From Saccharolobus solfataricus (GTDB lineage: Archaea; Thermoproteota; Thermoprotei_A; Sulfolobales; Sulfolobaceae): a DNA stretch of 32,000 nucleotides. The stretch is taken from positions 1,890,001-1,922,000 of the forward strand of contig NZ_LT549890.1 of NCBI RefSeq assembly GCF_900079115.1, read 5' to 3'. The notes below the pieces were generated by a model. That model was given only the letters and a program-made list of their open reading frames with translations, was not told the origin of the DNA and made no database searches. The translations under genes and the position numbers were made by a program. Below, one piece after another: positions 31,249-32,000 of this stretch; the first letter of the stretch is position 1, and each line of letters begins with the position of its first letter.

Positions 31249-31746
31249 ATAATTTTATAATAATTTATCACTTTTAGATTAAGATATTAATTTTAAAGCT
31301 TCTTTTATCTGGTAATTAAATAACAAAAGGAATCTGGTTAAGGCGAGAATACCAAGGAGGTATCAAGGAAAGTTGAAATATATTGAAGAGGAAACAAAAG
31401 AATTATTAAAGAGAATACTGACATTGTAGTTATTGAGATAGTAACTATGGCTATTGCTATAACCACTGGAATTAGGAGTTTCCTTTTTATATCATGAAGA
31501 TGTTTGACAATATTTAAGAGTCTTTTCGAAGGATGCTGGTCGTAATTTAAGCTAACCTCCCTTTGTTCTTAGGCTTTCTACGTTATTCCTTACAAACTCC
31601 TATCTTTCTAAATCCTAAACATGCTTCACTTCCTCTACATTCCTAGCTTAATTTGATCATCGTCAATGGATGGCATTTGTTAATAGTTGTAATTTCCATT
31701 AATAATCATGTATTAATACGGGAGTGTATAGATGAGTTAATGAGAT

Positions 31747-32000
31747 TTAAATGTTCAAGTAGCTTAATATCTCCTTTACCTGAGCAAATGAAGCTTGATA
31801 CCCATCTAAGGTTATTTCTACTAAAGTTGAGCCCTTATAAGCAACTATAATTGTTTTAGGATACGTAAAAGAAGTAGCTGAATAAGTAATGTAATATCCG
31901 TTATATTTATAATAATTGGTATTATTACCGAAGATTTCACTCCAACTACTATTTGAAGAGAATTTTACGATAACTATAGTCATTTCCACTTTAGTATTAT
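31747..32000 (-). CDS. Hypothetical protein, possibly 5'-truncated by the window edge
   Basis: The frame is open to base 32000 with no upstream stop. It is Tyr/Asn/Ser-rich (NYYKYNGYYITYSATSFTY). I recognise no family. Confidence 0.3.
   Translation of the reverse strand, partial: NTKVEMTIVIVKFSSNSSWSEIFGNNTNYYKYNGYYITYSATSFTYPKTIIVAYKGSTLVEITLDGYQASFAQVKEILSYLNI

Overview
This is an AT-rich, gene-dense, IS-scarred chromosomal window. It looks like Sulfolobales (Saccharolobus/Sulfolobus solfataricus-islandicus-like), based on an Sso7d gene, Csa2-type Cas7 and ISC-type insertion sequences.

**Gene content, in order:**
- **1-5220:** distal part of a type I-A CRISPR-Cas interference operon (cas7 partial, cas5a, cas3', cas3'' HD, cas8a2/csa4, cas6). 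I found no CRISPR array and no cas1/2/4 in the window.
- **5221-6760:** a convergent Cas7-family gene relic abutting a defective IS630-family element.
- **6810-10273:** hyuA/hyuB.
- **10372-11281:** an IS200/IS605 tnpA relic, then two tandem PaREP1 genes that share a perfect 116-bp block.
- **11603-13797:** a three-gene membrane operon of unknown function, then a TusA-like gene.
- **13812-20775:** an aryl-CoA (Paa-like) catabolic neighbourhood. It holds a U32-family protein, a crotonase, two divergently transcribed PaaA/PaaC-family di-iron proteins, a benzoate-CoA-ligase-like enzyme, a PaaX-like regulator and a class-II amidotransferase-like protein.
- **20829-24778:** a decay zone with an FkbM fragment and an OYE/FadH-like reductase split by a 1359-bp IS4-family element with a 4-bp target duplication.
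- **24989-27866:** sso7d, a SWIM-finger gene overlapping a membrane-protein gene, a methyltransferase and a HAD hydrolase.
- **27956-31242:** an ECF-type transporter (S-A-T) whose S component is frameshifted by a 23-bp tandem duplication.

No tRNA, rRNA or convincing ncRNA was found.

**Leads for something undescribed (all inference):**
- the Paa-like cluster with two ligand-complete di-iron subunits and no PaaB/D/E
- the mosaic PaREP1 pair
- the Cas7 relic with a repeat-like tail
- the membrane operon next to TusA
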